NCBI GenBank assembly: GCA_023267215.1
Contig: JAHFNS010000002.1
Location: forward strand, 32,149-96,148
Length of the DNA: 64,000 nt
Source of the DNA: Candidatus Nomurabacteria bacterium
Lineage (GTDB): Bacteria > Patescibacteriota > Minisyncoccia > Phycocordibacterales > UBA9973
Direction: 5' to 3'
In this document: piece after piece, positions 63,154 through 64,000 of the stretch
Layout of the letters: each line of letters begins with the position of its first letter
Position numbering within the stretch: the first letter of the stretch is position 1
Translations under genes and position numbers: made by a program
The notes under the pieces: model-generated
What the model was told of the DNA's origin: nothing
Database searches by the model: none
The model's input: the letters and a program-made list of their open reading frames with translations, nothing else

Positions 63154-63690
63154 TTAATTTATTTTTCCTATCGTAACTTCTGACTTCGGGTCGAAAGCAT
63201 CAGGGTCAAGTTTTAAATGTGAAATATATTTTCTCTGTACTACGAAACCCCCTAAGAATTTCAAAAAATCTTCTGTTTTATCTTGCTCCCCTTTTTCTTC
63301 CATATGTTCGAGTGGGTGTGCTTCGGGAGTATATTCAAAATGCCCACAAATTTCTCCGTCTTTATAAACTCGCAAATGATATTGGTCTTCAAAATCTGTC
63401 AGTTTTCTCCAACTCAAAACCTGATCTTCATCTATCCAAGCAATGAAATGATTACCAAAGCCCCATTTTTCAAAAAGATGTTTCTTTAATCCTTCTAGGG
63501 TCTTATGAGGTGCGAGCCAGCCGATGTGATATTTTTGCCTACCCTTTTTATGCCAAATAACACCTATTTTCAATAGAAATTTACGAACTGGTAAAAAGAA
63601 AGAGTATATAAAACCCCACGTTTTTTGTTTAATTTCATCCATTATTGTCATATGAGATATGATAGCATAATTTTCAAATTGACAGAACAT
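63154..63690 (-). CDS. Hypothetical protein (start may be ATG 63651)
   Basis: ORF with QYHLRVYKDGEICGHFEYTPE. Confidence 0.6.
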   Translation of the reverse strand: MFCQFENYAIISHMTIMDEIKQKTWGFIYSFFLPVRKFLLKIGVIWHKKGRQKYHIGWLAPHKTLEGLKKHLFEKWGFGNHFIAWIDEDQVLSWRKLTDFEDQYHLRVYKDGEICGHFEYTPEAHPLEHMEEKGEQDKTEDFLKFLGGFVVQRKYISHLKLDPDAFDPKSEVTIGKIN

Positions 63691-63771
63691 GTTAACAATC
63701 TATGTTTTTGCTAAAAATTTCACTACAGAGTATACTTAAAAGATTATAAATACGTAAAAAACTATAAAAAT

Positions 63772-64000
63772 ATGGAAATAGATGTAAACACAAAACAAAA
63801 TAAATTATCAATGCCTATGGCTATAATCATCGCTGGAGTATTGATAGCTGGAGCAATATATTTTTCTTCAATCAAAAAAAATGAAACAAATCCAATAAAT
63901 GGTAACGGAGAAAAAATAACAAACATAGCTCCAATCGGAGCCATGGATAGAATTCTTGGTGATTCAAAAGCAAAAGTGGTGATTGTTATGTATGAAGATT
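63772..64000 (+). CDS. DsbA-like thioredoxin-fold protein, truncated by the window end
   Basis: ATG 63772, TM segment, then DRILGDSKAKVVIVMYED (the motif that precedes CxxC in DsbA). Confidence 0.75.
   Translation, partial: MEIDVNTKQNKLSMPMAIIIAGVLIAGAIYFSSIKKNETNPINGNGEKITNIAPIGAMDRILGDSKAKVVIVMYED

Noticed and set aside
54000-63200. Prophage carrying the DGR
   Set aside because: No integrase, terminase, capsid or tail genes; the flanks are cellular genes.

Overview
AT-rich (roughly 30% GC by eye) chromosomal window from a reduced-genome bacterium. Gene content, shortened housekeeping proteins and a type IV pilus locus without a secretin suggest a CPR/Patescibacteria (Parcubacteria-like) organism; this is inference. 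Most of the window is housekeeping: rpoB-rpoC-dnaG-rpoD, rpsP-KH-trmD, rnr, rpmF-nusB-rnc-smc, thrS, gyrB, pheST, ligA, tRNA-Ser(GGA), a type IV pilus/competence cluster and a proB-proC-proA operon. The strongest signal is a complete diversity-generating retroelement (DGR) at about 57.9-60.5 kb. It has an RT, an Avd-like gene on the opposite strand, a template repeat (59393-59508) and a target gene whose 3' variable repeat (59822-59937) differs from the TR at 13 of 116 positions, all at TR adenines. Other signals worth following up: a C9 tract that could frame-switch avd; a solo PemK/MazF toxin overlapped by a candidate ~50-nt antisense RNA with its own promoter and terminator; a compact T-box riboswitch before thrS; many short palindromes inserted in frame inside conserved genes; and a synonymously diverged duplicate of the rpsP 3' end interrupted by a palindrome with a 5-bp target-site duplication.
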